Source: Zootoca vivipara
Taxonomy: Eukaryota
NCBI RefSeq assembly: GCF_963506605.1
Contig: NC_083282.1
Span: 39,246,001-39,310,000 of the forward strand
Direction of reading: 5' to 3'
Length of the DNA stretch: 64,000 nucleotides
The notes under the pieces are model-generated. The model had not been told where the DNA came from, did not search any database, and saw only the letters and a program-made list of their open reading frames with translations. Within the stretch, counting starts at the first letter, position 1. Each line of letters opens with the position of its first letter. The position numbers were made by a program, and so were the translations under genes. Shown piece after piece: positions 1 to 12,243 of this stretch.

Positions 1-563
1 CTATAGAAACGACCCAAAAGATGTGATGTGCTGCTCCCCACAGCTGCTTTTTATTCTTAAAAGCTGCTGACAGGCCCTAAGCCCTGCCTCAACCCTTGGA
101 CTACTTGCGAAGGCTAAATGCACTTCCAGGTGTTTTCAGTGAACCCTCAAGGCAGCTCTCCGATTCCTTCCTCTTAATCTCTTAATCCAGGACCACCGGT
201 TCAGTGGCCCTAGGGGAGCCACTCATTGGTTCTGCTGCTCTCTTGCACTTTCATTTGTACGCAACATCTCCTTTGTACCAGCCAGCGTGCAGCTGTTGGA
301 ATTGCCGCCAGCCAGCTGTTCAGCAGGGTCCCTATGGCAAATCCTGCATCTTGCCAGCGCTCTTGTAGCTGTTGCTCTCCTTGCTTCCTTCTGTAATAGT
401 TTGGGGCGAGCTTGTTTAAGTCATTAACAAACAAAGAGAATGGATTTGAAGTTATCCCAATTCCCCACCTCTACCCCACCGTAGTAAAAGCTATACACTT
501 CAAACTTTTTTTTAAAAAAAAGTGTCATCAGAAATCTAACTTTGCATTTCTTCCTACGATATA

Positions 564-805
564 CAGTGGCACCTCGGGTTACAGACACTTCAGGTTACAG
601 ACACTTCAGGTTACAGACTCCATTAACCCAGAAATAGTACCTCGAGTTAAGAACTTTGCTTCAGGATGAAAACAGAAATCATGCAGCGGTGGCATGGCAA
701 CAGTGGGAGGCCCCATTAGCTAAAGTGGTGTCTCAGGTTAAGAACAGTTTCAGGTTAAAAACGGAACTCTGGGACGAATTAAGTTCTCTACCTGAGGTAC
801 CACTG
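564..805. mobile_element. Tc1/mariner (Tigger/pogo-like) MITE
   Basis: TIRs CAGTGGCACCTC / GAGGTACCACTG; TA duplicated at 562-563 and 806-807; internal tandem ggttacagacacttca repeats. Confidence 0.8.
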
Positions 806-963
806 TAAATTGCAGAATTTTAAAATGTAATGTTTTGCTGTGAAACTGGGAATTTTGTTTAGATCCGTTTTTTGCAGTGAAGGCGTTTGCTGGGTTTTAG
901 AATACTTTAGCTAAAGCATTAGAAGTTTATAGTATAAAAACCTGCTGGTTTATGGTTCTAGAG

Positions 964-1099
964 CAGGCATCCCCAAACTGCGGCCCTCCAGATGTTTTGG
1001 CCTACAACTCCCATGATTCCTAGCTAAGAGGACCAGTGGTCAGGGATGATGGGAATTGTAGTCCAAAACATCTGAAGGGCCAAAGTCTGGGGGTGTCTG
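964..1099 (+). mobile_element. 136-bp hAT (Charlie/Buster-type) MITE, copy 1
   Basis: CAGGCATCCCCAAACT TIR; 8-bp TSD TTCTAGAG. Confidence 0.88.
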
Positions 1100-2612
1100 T
1101 TCTAGAGCATACGGAATAACAAATATTACTTGGTCATAACACTGGCTGCAAGTTATTCTGATGTGTGGGGGGTGGGGTGGGGGAATTGTACATCATGAAT
1201 GTCTATTATTTGTGCATGCTAATTCTATTTCAGAACACCCAGGGGGATCATTGTCCTCAGTCTAGCGCTGGACTACAAATGGTAGGTGGCAATAGCCTGT
1301 TCCAAGCTGGCCTTAGATGAGATAAAAACGAAACGCCAATTGTGCAATGCATTCATTTCCCATTTTCCTTTTCCCTGTTAGGGAGTACAGGAAGAATGTG
1401 TGCAACTGAAGTCTAAGATTGAGTTGTTTGTGGGCACATGCAAACCCCTGGTAGAGCTATTAGCACAGCCTGCAGAGTTTGATTTCATACTAGCTTCACA
1501 TCAAGGGAACATGCTGTTTTAAGAAACAATTCTCCCCTTGAACAGCATACAGGCTTCATCATGCACTGTGTTTTATCTGAGCCATGCATACCTGTTGAAA
1601 CAGTTCAGACAAAGAGATCAACGAGTGGGAGCAACTTCAAAAGCCTATCACAAACACTCTGGCAGGTCCCTGGGGCCTAGCCTTAGAATTGTCACCGTAG
1701 TATAGAAACTGTAGGAGGAGAGAGCATTTGTCTGTGCTCATAACAGAGGGAAACAAGAGGGTGGAAAGGCGTGTTGAGAATACAGATTGTTCCTGGTGGT
1801 TTTGTTGATGCGTTTTCTTTTCATATCTAAGAGACACAAACCGCTCAGCCAGGTCTCCCTGTATAGCACCAGGCCTTGTGTAGCTATTGTCTGATGGCTG
1901 GTCGCTGTGGCTGAGGAGCTGCCGAGTGCTACCATCGTGCTAGCTGAAAATCTCTGGTATCGGATAGCTCCCCTGCATCACAAGTCAGTTCTACATCTGT
2001 CAAAATCCATCCAGTCCTGAAGTGGCAAAGGGATGCCAGTTTTGAGGGCCTGTGGCGTGTTAAGATGATGTATCCAACATCACACAGGCAATTGCTGTTG
2101 ACATCCCTAGCAAGACCTGACAGTAACATGTTGGAAAGCCTCCTGCAGCTAGTATATTATTAGCTACATAAAGATGAGGTTGTGAAATAGATTTTCTCCT
2201 CAGTTCTATGCAAATAATAGAATTCAACCAAGCCGAAGGATTATCTGTTTTCTGGACAAGCACAATTAATATCTAGCAGCTTACAATGTTTCAGTTGGAA
2301 TTTTTTTTTCTACAACTAGGTTTCCATTACAGCAGATTTGCTTTGTCAAAGTTTTGCTGCTGCTTGCTTGATCAGAAGCAAACTGCAGCTATGAAGTTGG
2401 GTGGTTCAACCTCTCTTGCTTTATCAACTTAGTGGGTGCATGCCATTGTCTTTTCAAAAGATTTACATTCTTCTGCAGAAAAGATGGGGAATGTGCCACC
2501 AGATGCAGCACAGTAAAATGGCAAGCCCCTAAATCTCATAAGAACTTCTCAGGAGCTGATTGGTCCCCTCTTTCCCAGTGACCAACCAGAAGCCTCTGGC
2601 CAGACCCTAAGC

Positions 2613-2744
2613 CAGGCATCCCCAAACTGCGGCCCTCCAGATGTTTTGGCCTACACCTCCCATGATCCCTAACAGGACCAGTGGTCGGGGAAGATGGGAA
2701 TTGTAGTCCAAAACATCTGGAGGGCCGAAGTTTGGGGATGCCTG
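2613..2744 (+). mobile_element. hAT MITE, copy 2
   Basis: Same sequence with a 4-bp deletion; TSD CCCTAAGC/CCCTAGGC. Confidence 0.88.
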
Positions 2745-3308
2745 CCCTAGGCATATGAAGCTTTTCAAACTCTGTCTCACAATGCATTGTCAGCTGCAGT
2801 GTGTGAGGTGTGTCATGTGAATGCTCCCTGCGCTCCCCATGGGCCTGGAAAGGGGTTAGTTTAACCTCCGGTTTGCCAGTAATTGTTCAGTTATTCTACA
2901 ATGGTCTGTCTAATCTTTGAAAGCCAGCTAAGTTAGTGCTTGTTGCATCTTGTCAACGAATTCCAGAAGTTATTCTTTATGAGAAGAACAATCTTTTGTC
3001 TGTCCTGGACCAACTGCTAATGGGTCTCTTTGCTGAATCCCAATAAGTAGGAAACTATCCACTTTCTCCCCAAGTACAAATCTTACATTTTTTCCATTAA
3101 AGGACACCAAATGCTAGATCCAGTAATTTGTTGGGAACATGTTTCATCTTTAGCAAGTGTGGTTGTACTTTGTTAAGCTCAAAAATATAATTCAGCTGGT
3201 AACTGCGTATCATTGCAGATATGGAGAACTCTACTTCTTTCTTCCCTCCAACATGAGGACTTATTCTTGCTCTCAGTGTCCTGGGGAAACCCAGCCAGAT
3301 GGGAGGGA

Positions 3309-3342
<34 letters not shown>

Positions 3343-3462
3343 CAGTTACATATCCATGAGGACTTGTCTTTTTATCCCATAGTAGTGAAGTTTGCTCAGG
3401 AATCTATTGAAGAACTATCCTTGGCAGAAACAATGTTGATTCTTAAATGATCTTTTAAAAAT

Positions 3463-3818
3463 GCGGGTGGCGCTGTGGTCTAAACCACAGAGCCTAGGGC
3501 TTGTTGATCAGAAGGTCGGCGGTTCGAATCCCCACGACGGGGTGAGCTCTCATTCCTTGGTCCCTGCTCCTGCCAACCTAGCAGTTCAAAAGCATGTCTA
3601 AGTGCAAGTAGATAAATGGGTACCACTCCGGCGGGAAGGTAAACGGCGTTTCCGTGCACTGCTCTGGTTCGCCAGAAGTGGCTTAATCATGCTGGCCACA
3701 TGACCTGGAAGCTGTACGCCGGCTGCCTTTGCCAGTAAAGAGAGATGAGCGCCGCAACCCAAGAGTCATCCGCAACTGGACCGAACAGTCAGGGGTCCCT
3801 TTACCCTTTACCTTTACC
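3463..3818 (+). mobile_element. Sauria SINE
   Basis: tRNA-like head (GGTGGCGCTGTGG...GGTTCGAATCCC A/B boxes) and (ACCTTT)n tail. Confidence 0.88.
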
Positions 3819-4502
3819 AGTTGATCTGGCCCAGATGATAAGCTAATATCCAATTCACATGATCCTGCTCCCTTTTTAAAAGTGCTACATTAGACTAGAG
3901 TAGGAAATAGCTAATGCCATCTATCTTTACAAGAACATTGAGAGTCAACATGGCGCTCTCCAGATGTTGCAGACTACCATTTCTATCACCCCTAGTCAGA
4001 GTGGCTAATGGTCAGGGAAGGTGGGAAGTACAGTACACAACAGCTACCCCTTCCCAAGCACTTCATTTCTTGGCCACTCTTGAGTTCTTTACTTACACTC
4101 CCTACCTGGAAGTTCAGGCACAAGTCTCTTTCCCACATCTTCCACTGCGACTATATGCGGTGAATTTATTCAGTTTCCTCACTTTAATCACTCTTCACCC
4201 ATTTGTTTTCTAGCAACCCAAATAGCTTTGGTCAGTTTCCCGCTTCAGGTGAATTTTAGAGATATTTTAAAAACTTTGTTTCACTTAACTTATTTTTAAG
4301 TTAGATTTGAACAAGTTAGACTCCTTTTCTAAGGGAAGCTTGCTTTTTTTTCAACTTTCTTAATGTATTAACGACACAGACCTCTTTATAGACATAATAT
4401 GCATCATACTACTATTGGTATACATTCTAGCTGTGTGTATCATTATTGTGTAAATGAACCCTCAAAACATTTGAGAGATTTGATTATCTTAAATCTCAAC
4501 TA

Positions 4503-4799
4503 CAGTGGTACCTCGACTTACGAATGACTCGACAACCGAATTTTTCGACTTACGAATGGGGCAAATGGCCGCACGCTTAGAAATTTCACGACATCCGAAC
4601 GGAAACCGCGGAGGTTTTAGATAGGGTTTTTTCAACTTATGAATTTTTAGATGGGTGTTGCTTTGACTTACGAATTTTTCCGTTTCCAATGCATTCCTAT
4701 GGGAAATCGCGTTTCCAATGGCGCTTTTCGACTTACGAATTTTTCGACCTACGAAGGTGCGTTCGGAACGGATTAAATTCATAAGTTGAGGCACCACTG
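4503..4799 (+). mobile_element. Tc1/mariner MITE with (TTTTCGACTTACGAA) internal repeats
   Basis: TA-CAGTGGTACCTCGACTTA...TAAGTTGAGGCACCACTG-TA; second copy at 26139-26434. Confidence 0.85.
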
Positions 4800-5247
4800 T
4801 AGTTCTCTCATTGTTTAGAATTCTTCCTTTGCAACTAAGACACTATATACTTGTTTGGAATAACAACTTTCAACTTGGCTGTTTGAACCCCTAAATAATG
4901 TCACCTAATGCCTAATGACTGAACAAATGCAACTGAAGATGTTTTGTAAAAATGCATTACTTGATTCCTGCCACCCCCGAACTTGTATTAATATTGTCAC
5001 TCAACCTAAGTTGGGTTTTTTTTGGGGGGGGGGGTTACTCAGCTGCTATGAGGATGAAAGACATGATTATGGCCCAAGTATAGTTAGCCTTAAGTGCAGA
5101 ACTAGATTTTTCTTTCCATTCTTTCTTTGTAAAAGTAGAACACTGGCACTTAATGATTCAGAAAGAACGCCAATATTAATGTGTTAAATGTTTTGACAGC
5201 AGATTGAAACGATATTATTTACATGTGACTTTTATATATAAAGAAAC

Positions 5248-5260
5248 TTTATTTTTTATT
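5248..5260 (-). promoter_or_regulatory. Tandem AATAAA polyadenylation signals of MRPL37
   Basis: TTTATT at 5248-5253 and 5255-5260, about 75 nt downstream of the stop codon. Confidence 0.7.
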
Positions 5261-5332
5261 AAAAAATTAAATAGTTTCTAACCCTTAACTGCACAGTAAG
5301 CATTACAGGAGGAAACAAAGGCAGAGCTCTGC

Positions 5333-5410
5333 TCACACCACACCATGCAAGTACAATGCCAGGAACTTCTTGAATGTGTCTGGTTGATAGCCATGTATTC
5401 CAGCTGGAAT
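5333..5410 (-). CDS. MRPL37: MRPL37 last coding exon (78 nt including TGA)
   Basis: IPAGIHGYQPDTFKKFLALYLHGVV*, matching the mL37 C-terminus; ctacAG acceptor. Confidence 0.94.
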   Translation of the reverse strand: MPAGIHGYQPDTFKKFLALYLHGVV

Positions 5411-5965
5411 CTGTAGGGAGGAAATTTTGAATTTTCAATGTCTGTCATACACATTAATACAGCAATACATTTCACTGTGTGAATACAGCAATACATTTCA
5501 CCATCTTAAATTTATTCTCATCCTGTCCCTTCCCTGAAACAAAAGAAAGCAATTTCTTGAAGAGGATATAAAAAGGATTCAAACAACTTAAGTTGTTTTT
5601 GTTTTTTTACTTTTGGATATCCTGAAAAGATTGTCAGAGCCAGGCTCTAATCAGCCAACATGCACTTGAGTATGGCATTATCGTTAAGGCATCTGTGCAT
5701 GCCTGTTACAATGTTACGTGTACTTTTACAATGATACACACTAGTCATTTCTTCTTGTAATGCACTATAAGTAATCAAATGGGTGCTGGGCATGAAGCAC
5801 CTCAGTGCTATTGAGAGTCTAACTTAATGATGTTCAGTATGCCCCCTATTCTAGTTTCAGGGAATTAATATGTTGCCTCTAATGGTTCAGGTTCTTTTAG
5901 TCTCCAAGCTTTTCTGTCTAAACTAGTTCCTGTGGCAACAAGTCATTCTACCTTTCTCAACATAC

Positions 5966-6169
5966 CTGGACGATTTTCTTCTTGATTACTGGACGTCTCC
6001 TGAAATCCTCATACAGAAGTTGATCTCCATCCATCCAGGCCAGGTTTTTAACACCATTGCTAGAGTCTAGATCTGTTGTATTCAACTGGAACACCAGGAA
6101 ATGGAAGTGTTGGCCATTTGTAGCCACAGTCTGCACAACAATGGGGCTCTCCAGGACCCTGGGCTCATC
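5966..6169 (-). CDS. MRPL37: MRPL37 exon 6 (204 nt)
   Basis: [53 protein letters not shown]...; ttccAG / GTATG boundaries. Confidence 0.96.
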
Positions 6170-7354
6170 CTGGAAATCGGCATGAGAGGGAAGTGTGAAA
6201 TAAGAAGCCATAGGATAAGCTCCGTTGGTCATGAGAAATGCTGTACATACTGCCTATTTTATAACTGGATGAAACCGTGAATGGGTTCAATTCTTAATCT
6301 GTTAATGAAATAAAGATAAAAAGGCACACAGTGTGGCTGTATCAGAGGTTGTTAACTTGTGGCCCTCCAGGTACAGTTGCACTGCAATTCCCATCATCCT
6401 TACCAGTGGAGTCCAACCACCCTTGAAGGGCCACAGATTCCCCATCCCTGATTTACTCTTAAGCTTTGCCACCCGAATGTACTTGAAAACATGTAAAGTT
6501 GTCTGTCCACGTGTGGATAACTGGAGATAGAAGGTAGCACAGGAAAGGGTCATGATGGATGGTAGAAAGATGCTAGACAATAGCGCAAACATCTGGCCAG
6601 GAAAACATTTTGAGTTGATAAGACAGGCTAGCAGGACAGAGAACTACAATTATGTCTGATTTTAGTTTGGGGAAGAAGTGGCACATACTTGGGAGGGTTT
6701 GCCAGAGGCCAAGCCAAACCTCAACAAAAGCTGCAGGACTTGAGGACAATCTGTTCTCCATGCCTATAAGTTCAAATTCTAACTATCAGCTACAAAAGCT
6801 GCTTCAATCTCATTGGGCTTTTTTCCTCTTCTGTTCAGGTACCAGACATATACCAGACTATTATTTATTCAGGATTTTATATTAGAAACTCATGTTGAAT
6901 AGAGTGCCATGATGCCCGCAGCTGAGCTGGAATTCAACCAAGGCTTTTCAGCTAGACTCCTGGATCACAATGACCATACAATTTAGCGACAAGAATTTGT
7001 TTTCCTACATCATAGTCAGTCCCCAACAATCCCAGACTCCCTGTGCACAGCAGAAATGGAAAGTGCTGGCTTTGTAGGGTTTGTTATGCAACTTATGGAT
7101 CACAATACCACAGTGTCCTAGCACTGCCAAAACACCAACTCAGAAACACACCAAGCTTCCATGTGGATTTGCCCATGGAAGGTTAGAGCGCAAAGCACAG
7201 GAGGAGGTTCAGCAAACTTTTACCTCTAAGTTAGGAACAGCGGCTAGTATAGTGATCGTTAATGGAACGATTGGAAGAATGGAAGCAACTAACTGCCATC
7301 TCCTAATTTGGTCAGCATATGCCATAGTTTTTCTACAAAAATCTTAATACTCAC

Positions 7355-7506
7355 CCCATATAGCTCCTTTGCTTTGGCCAGAGCATTCCCAAAAGCAAAC
7401 ATTATCATTTTCCCCTGAAGCTGTGGTGGCCTCATTTTATGTATCTTGTCAAACTGAGCAATGTACACAGTGTGAGGATAAGGATATGGGTACCCTTCTT
7501 GGAAAC
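7355..7506 (-). CDS. MRPL37: MRPL37 exon 5 (152 nt)
   Basis: GFQEGYPYPYPHTVYIAQ...QLQGKMIMFAFGNALAKAKELYG; ctttAG / GTGAG boundaries. Confidence 0.95.
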
Positions 7507-7598
7507 CTAAAGTACAAAATCAGGTGATAGTTAGAACTATTTCACAACTCATTGCTCAAGGAGACAATTTCTAAAGTAAGAAACCTGACGTTTTAGTG

Positions 7599-7734
7599 CA
7601 GGCATCCCCAAACTGCGGCCCTCCAGATGTTTTGGCCTACAACTCCCATGATCCCTAGCTAAGAGGACCAGTGGTCAGGGATGATGGGAACTGTAGTCCA
7701 AAACATCTGGAGGGCCGAAGTTTGGGGATGCCTG
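7599..7734 (+). mobile_element. hAT MITE, copy 3
   Basis: Perfect TIRs; TSD TTTTAGTG. Confidence 0.9.
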
Positions 7735-7873
7735 TTTTAGTGCATTCACTCAACTGTTAGACTTCAACCCCCCTATTCTCACATATGCCATCTGATACAA
7801 TCTCATCCATAACAAATTAACTTCTGTGAAAATGATTTTTTTCCCTTAATCCTCCAAGCTCTAGGAAATTCAC

Positions 7874-8059
7874 CTGTATCATTTTTTATGTGATATGCAT
7901 TAACTTCTCGAAGGTCAATTGTAGGCAAAACAGGGTAGAAGGTTTCTAAAGTGCAGTTTTCAGTGGCTAATATCTCATCTTTGGAGGCTATAGGCTGTAG
8001 AAGGTTCGTTGCATTCAAAATCTTCCCGTGGATACCACGAACCTGAAGTAGAGTAGATT
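7874..8059 (-). CDS. MRPL37: MRPL37 exon 4 (186 nt)
   Basis: ESTLLQVRGIHGKILNATNLLQPIASKDEILATENCTLETFYPVLPTIDLREVNAYHIKNDTG; tttacAG / GTGAA boundaries. Confidence 0.95.
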
Positions 8060-8330
8060 CTGTAAAGGAAAACAGTGGACTGTAAATAGATCCTTCCTCA
8101 CTAGAACTATGCTGAAGCCAAAAGCTGACCCATAAAAATACCATTCCGAGAATGCTCTTGTAATCCACTAGCACAGGGGGCAATCCCCTTTTCTGTTTGG
8201 ACAGCAGGTGCTAGCACTCTCCTATTCATGCTCCCTCCTATGTTGAGCAAAAGACTTTCACCACTTCCCACAAATATGCATAGCTAAATGTACAAGTCCT
8301 CATTGAGTGATTGTGGATACTTCCCATATA

Positions 8331-8563
8331 CCCTGTTTCTCCAAAAAATAAGACGTACACATAAAATAAGCTGTAGCAGGATTTCTAAGCATTTGTGCAA
8401 TATAAGCCATACCCCGAAAATAAGACATAGTGATAGGCGCAGTTCTGGAAGGCGCCAAGGAAGAGGCTAGGCTGGACACATAAGACATCCCCTGAAAATA
8501 AGCCACTGTGTGTTTTGAGGAAAAATAAATGTATGACGGTGTCTTATTTTTGGAGAAACACGG
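8331..8563. mobile_element. Tc1/mariner (Tc2/pogo-like) MITE
   Basis: TIRs CCcTGTTTCTCCAAAAAATAAGAC / GTCTTATTTTTGGAGAAACACGG flanked by TA; internal AAAATAAG repeats. Confidence 0.75.
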
Positions 8564-8927
8564 TACTTACTTGGTTCCAAGAATACAACAGTAAGCTCCA
8601 CAATCAATTTCCAGAAAACGTAATGGCATGCCCTTGGCTAGGAAGGGAACCTAGGCTAGTGTGGATGTCAATGAAACATGGTGTATTTTCTATAAAGGGT
8701 TTCTGCCCTCCAAGACTGAGAGCAAGTGGAATCAGTCACTGCAAGGACTGGGCCAGCAGATCAAGTTAAGGAAATCACCAACTGGTTCATGGCCAAAATT
8801 AAGATCATATTCTTCGATCAAGCTCTATTATTTTAAGCAACATTTGTCCCAAAGGCTTTGAGAACATAAACTACCAATACGTATTTTACAGAAATATCCT
8901 GTTAAAGAATCAGCATTTTATATCAAA

Positions 8928-10336
8928 CTAGCTGGCCCGGGCACACGTTGCTGTGTCTGACTCAGGGTCGTTGTTTCCCAGGAAAGGGGGAGGATGTTTC
9001 CCTCTCCCCCTGGGCTATGTGTGCCCCCCCCATTGTTGTGCCTCATCCCTGTGATTCCTCCCATCCTGTTGCGATGGGGTATCCCGTCCCCCCTCCCCTG
9101 TGACTTCCCCCACTCTGGCTCAACCCATGACCTATTCGGGGGCCCCACCACAGCTCCACTCAGCCTATCCTACATAATAAAGTGCAAGTGTCTCTGCGTC
9201 CAGATTCCGTGTGTCCCTGGGTTACTGCGCATGTGCCCCAGGGACACAGGGATTGGAGGCAGACAACCACCGCTCCGCCAACCCGAAGCCCCATCTCATG
9301 CTGGAGGTGCGCTGCGAGGCGGCGGGGGAGAGAAGCGCTCCTCCCCCCGCCACCTTGCCACGCACCGCTGGCATGGGACAGCGCTTCTTCGGCGAAGGCA
9401 AGCAGGCGAGCTGTCTGCCTGCTTGCCGTAGCCGAGGAAGTCGAAGCGGCAGCGGGCAATTCGGCTGGGGGACTAGCTTGGCGGCGGCGAAAAGGGGAGG
9501 AATTCCTCCCCTTCTTCCCGCCACCGCCAAGCCAGTCCCGGAACCGAAATATGGCGTGGCGGGGTTGCCGGCTCTGTCGGGTGGGGGGGGAGGGAGAAGC
9601 AGAAGATCCGATCGGTCTTTGGCTTCTCCCTCACCCCGCCCAACAGAGCCGGCATTTGGCTCTTGTCAGGCGGGGGGAGGGAGAAGCAGAGGATTGGATT
9701 GCTTCTCCCTCCCCCCACCCGACAGAGCCAGCAACCAGGTCCCGGGGTTCGGAGAAGTGCTGCGCAAGCGCTTCTCCGAACCACGGAATGTCTCTTTCAT
9801 GTCGGTGGCTGGGGGAGAGGAAGGAAGGAGGAGAAAGCAGCCCTTTCTCCTCCGTTCCTGTCCCCCTGCCGCCGACAGCAAGGACAGGTCCCAGGGTTCG
9901 GAGAAGCGCTGCGCAAGCGCTTCTCCGAACCCCGGGATGTTCTAGCGCCCGTTATTGAACGGGCTGAAATACACTAGTTCTTTATAGACTAGCCGAGGCC
10001 TAGTCTGTAGGCCTTGGCTCAGCCTAGTATGTAAATGCAAGCCGAGACCTCTGCCCTGTATCTCCATTCCTTCCCCCCCCCCCCTTAGAAAAGGAACTGT
10101 CAGCTTCTGGGTTCTATTTCCCAGCATGCACTTTTATCTGATCTGTGTGTTCTGAAACACGGGTTTTTTGGGGTTTTGCTTTGCACAGGTCTCATATCTG
10201 TGTACGGAAAGTGTCTTAGGTTACTCTCTTATTCGCATGTGGCATTGTGTCCAAATTTCAATGCTATTGGTCAAGCGGTTTTGTTGAACATTAGAGAGGA
10301 ACGGACATACCCAGTTTACATTTACATATATATAGA
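8928..10336 (-). mobile_element. Non-autonomous Helitron (outer element), interrupted by a second Helitron
   Basis: On the minus strand it begins A|TCTATATATATGTAAA and ends CACAGCAACGTGTGCCCGGGCCAGCTAG|T; no TSD. Confidence 0.7.
9168..9977 (+). mobile_element. Non-autonomous Helitron (inner element, 810 bp, GC/CpG-rich)
   Basis: A|TCCTACATAATAAAG start; GCCCGTT-ATTG-AACGGGC hairpin at 9947-9964, then CTAG|T at 9974-9978. Confidence 0.85.
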
Positions 10337-11082
10337 TGTGCACATTTTGCAAGTTTACAGTAAAGTACAGTCCCCTCTAATTTCAGGAGAGCTATAAAAG
10401 CCGTTTCGTTACAGCAGCACAGCTCTAACAAATGTTACTTGTACAACACTGGCTCTATAGTAGGGGTAGGAAACTTGTGACCTTCCTGATGTTGTCAGGA
10501 CTCCCATCAGTTCCCAACCAGACTGGCCAACAGTGCGAGAGGATGGGAATTCGCTCTATTTCTCTATCCTTCTACTTATTCCCTTTTTGTTAACCTACAG
10601 AAAAAGGTTCATGACATAGAAGACCTTGTGATTTTACCTCAAGAGCACTCTTTCTGATGCTAAGCCGTGGACCTTGTAATCTTTTTACAGAACCTTCCTT
10701 ACAAGTCAAAATAAGTATTTTGTTTATTTGTTAGACTTATCCCATACATTTCCTCTTATCTGGATCCCAAGATGGCTTACAAATAAGGATGGATATATGA
10801 AAACAACAAACAGAATCCAAATAATAAATAAATAAATAAAATTCATCAATAAAATTCCATAAGCTTCAGAGCAAACAGATCATATGCCTTTATTTCTTAA
10901 TGGTGAGGGCTGAGCACATTTTCCCAAGGAGGAGCCACCACTGCCCTGTCTCATCACCCTCCTAGCATCTCACAGGGGTATGTCCATAAGCAGGGCTTCT
11001 CCAGCTGAACTTAAGGCAATATGGTAGACAGTACAGGGAGAGGTGTTCTTTTAGAAAATTCTACTGGGATAAAGAGACATAC

Positions 11083-11198
11083 CTCGTTCCCATGCAGCTG
11101 CCACTCTGTGGTCTTGAGCAAACATTCTTTTACCCAATAAGGGGAATTTGGCTGTCATCGTCCTGCATAAGTGAAGCAAGTCTTCTAAAAGTACAGGG
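11083..11198 (-). CDS. MRPL37: MRPL37 exon 3 (116 nt)
   Basis: PVLLEDLLHLCRTMTAKFPLLGKRMFAQDHRVAAAWER; AG / GTATG boundaries; phase consistent. Confidence 0.93.
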
Positions 11199-12243
11199 CT
11201 TCAGAACAAAAAAATAACTAATTTACTGACAGTGCCCAAACCACAAATTATTACATAGCAGGATTTTCATAAACATTAATTTGTAAGTATTATAGCATTT
11301 GCAATTGGCTAAAGGCATGTTCAGGCTCAAATGTATGTTACACTTCACACCATGTTTCCAACCAGCTTTCAGAATTTGCTATGTATAGCCTATTTTGCAC
11401 CTGACTATTGGCCACTTGTGACTAAGTGAAGATGTCAGGTGCCATCCTGGTGCCCAGACATCTCCATCATCAGGAGGTGGATGCCTGGGGATCCTTGGAT
11501 CTGGATTGTTTTCACACACTAGCAACATATCCTGTAGAATTCTACCCATTATTTTTTAACTGCACAATCAGAGTGAATTTCAGAAACCAAAACGTTGTAT
11601 TGAAAAATACAACTTTTGAGTCGGCTGACCCCCCAAATGGCAACTAGACATTCCATTTTAGTAAATGGAACGCTGGATTAAGAAGCCATTTGGTGCCTAG
11701 CTTATATATCTGAGTTTCTAACACTGTTCCCAACCACCCGCATTTTGAGCTGGAAGGTCTGCAGCAGGCTCCTACTCACCCTCACTTGCACATGAGTGGA
11801 AATTCCCTGCGCTTCAACACGTTAATGGTCATGGACGAGGGGGAGTGCTATGCATGCAAATACACTGAAGGCCATGTGTTCAGCCAAATGCCTTAACACA
11901 ACTTCAAATTATAGTTGCAGTTAATTATACATAGGATAGTACACCAGGTATTCATTAGTAAGAATGCCAGGAATCAATAATTAAGCCAATCAGTGTTACC
12001 GGCATCAGCTGGAAACAATATTGTGCAAAAGCATAAGCAGAGCTACATTAAAATAGTTCTGTGCAAAAGGTAACCCAAATTCTATGGCAAGTCTCCTTTT
12101 GCATAATTTATTCTACTTCTAGTCATGGGTGATGACTGGAGGTACAGATGCAGGTGGAAAGTTAATTTTTATTATTGGATATTAGAACTTGGGGTCACCC
12201 CATTAAATTTATCAGCAGTAGGTACAAAACAGCAATTCTTCTT

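Noticed and set aside
1637-1710. Possible extra minus-strand terminal exon (ctacAG-FLYYGDNSKARPQGPARVFVIGF*)
   Set aside because: MRPL37 already terminates at 5333 with poly(A) signals and there is no recognisable homology. It cannot be excluded as an alternative exon without RNA data.
1-3400. 3' end of SSBP3, expected here by synteny
   Set aside because: No SSBP3 coding sequence could be recognised in the window.
8994-9977. Long overlapping GC-rich ORFs (145-258 aa) on both strands
   Set aside because: They arise from stop-poor hairpin sequence inside the Helitron; no recognisable domain or splice structure.
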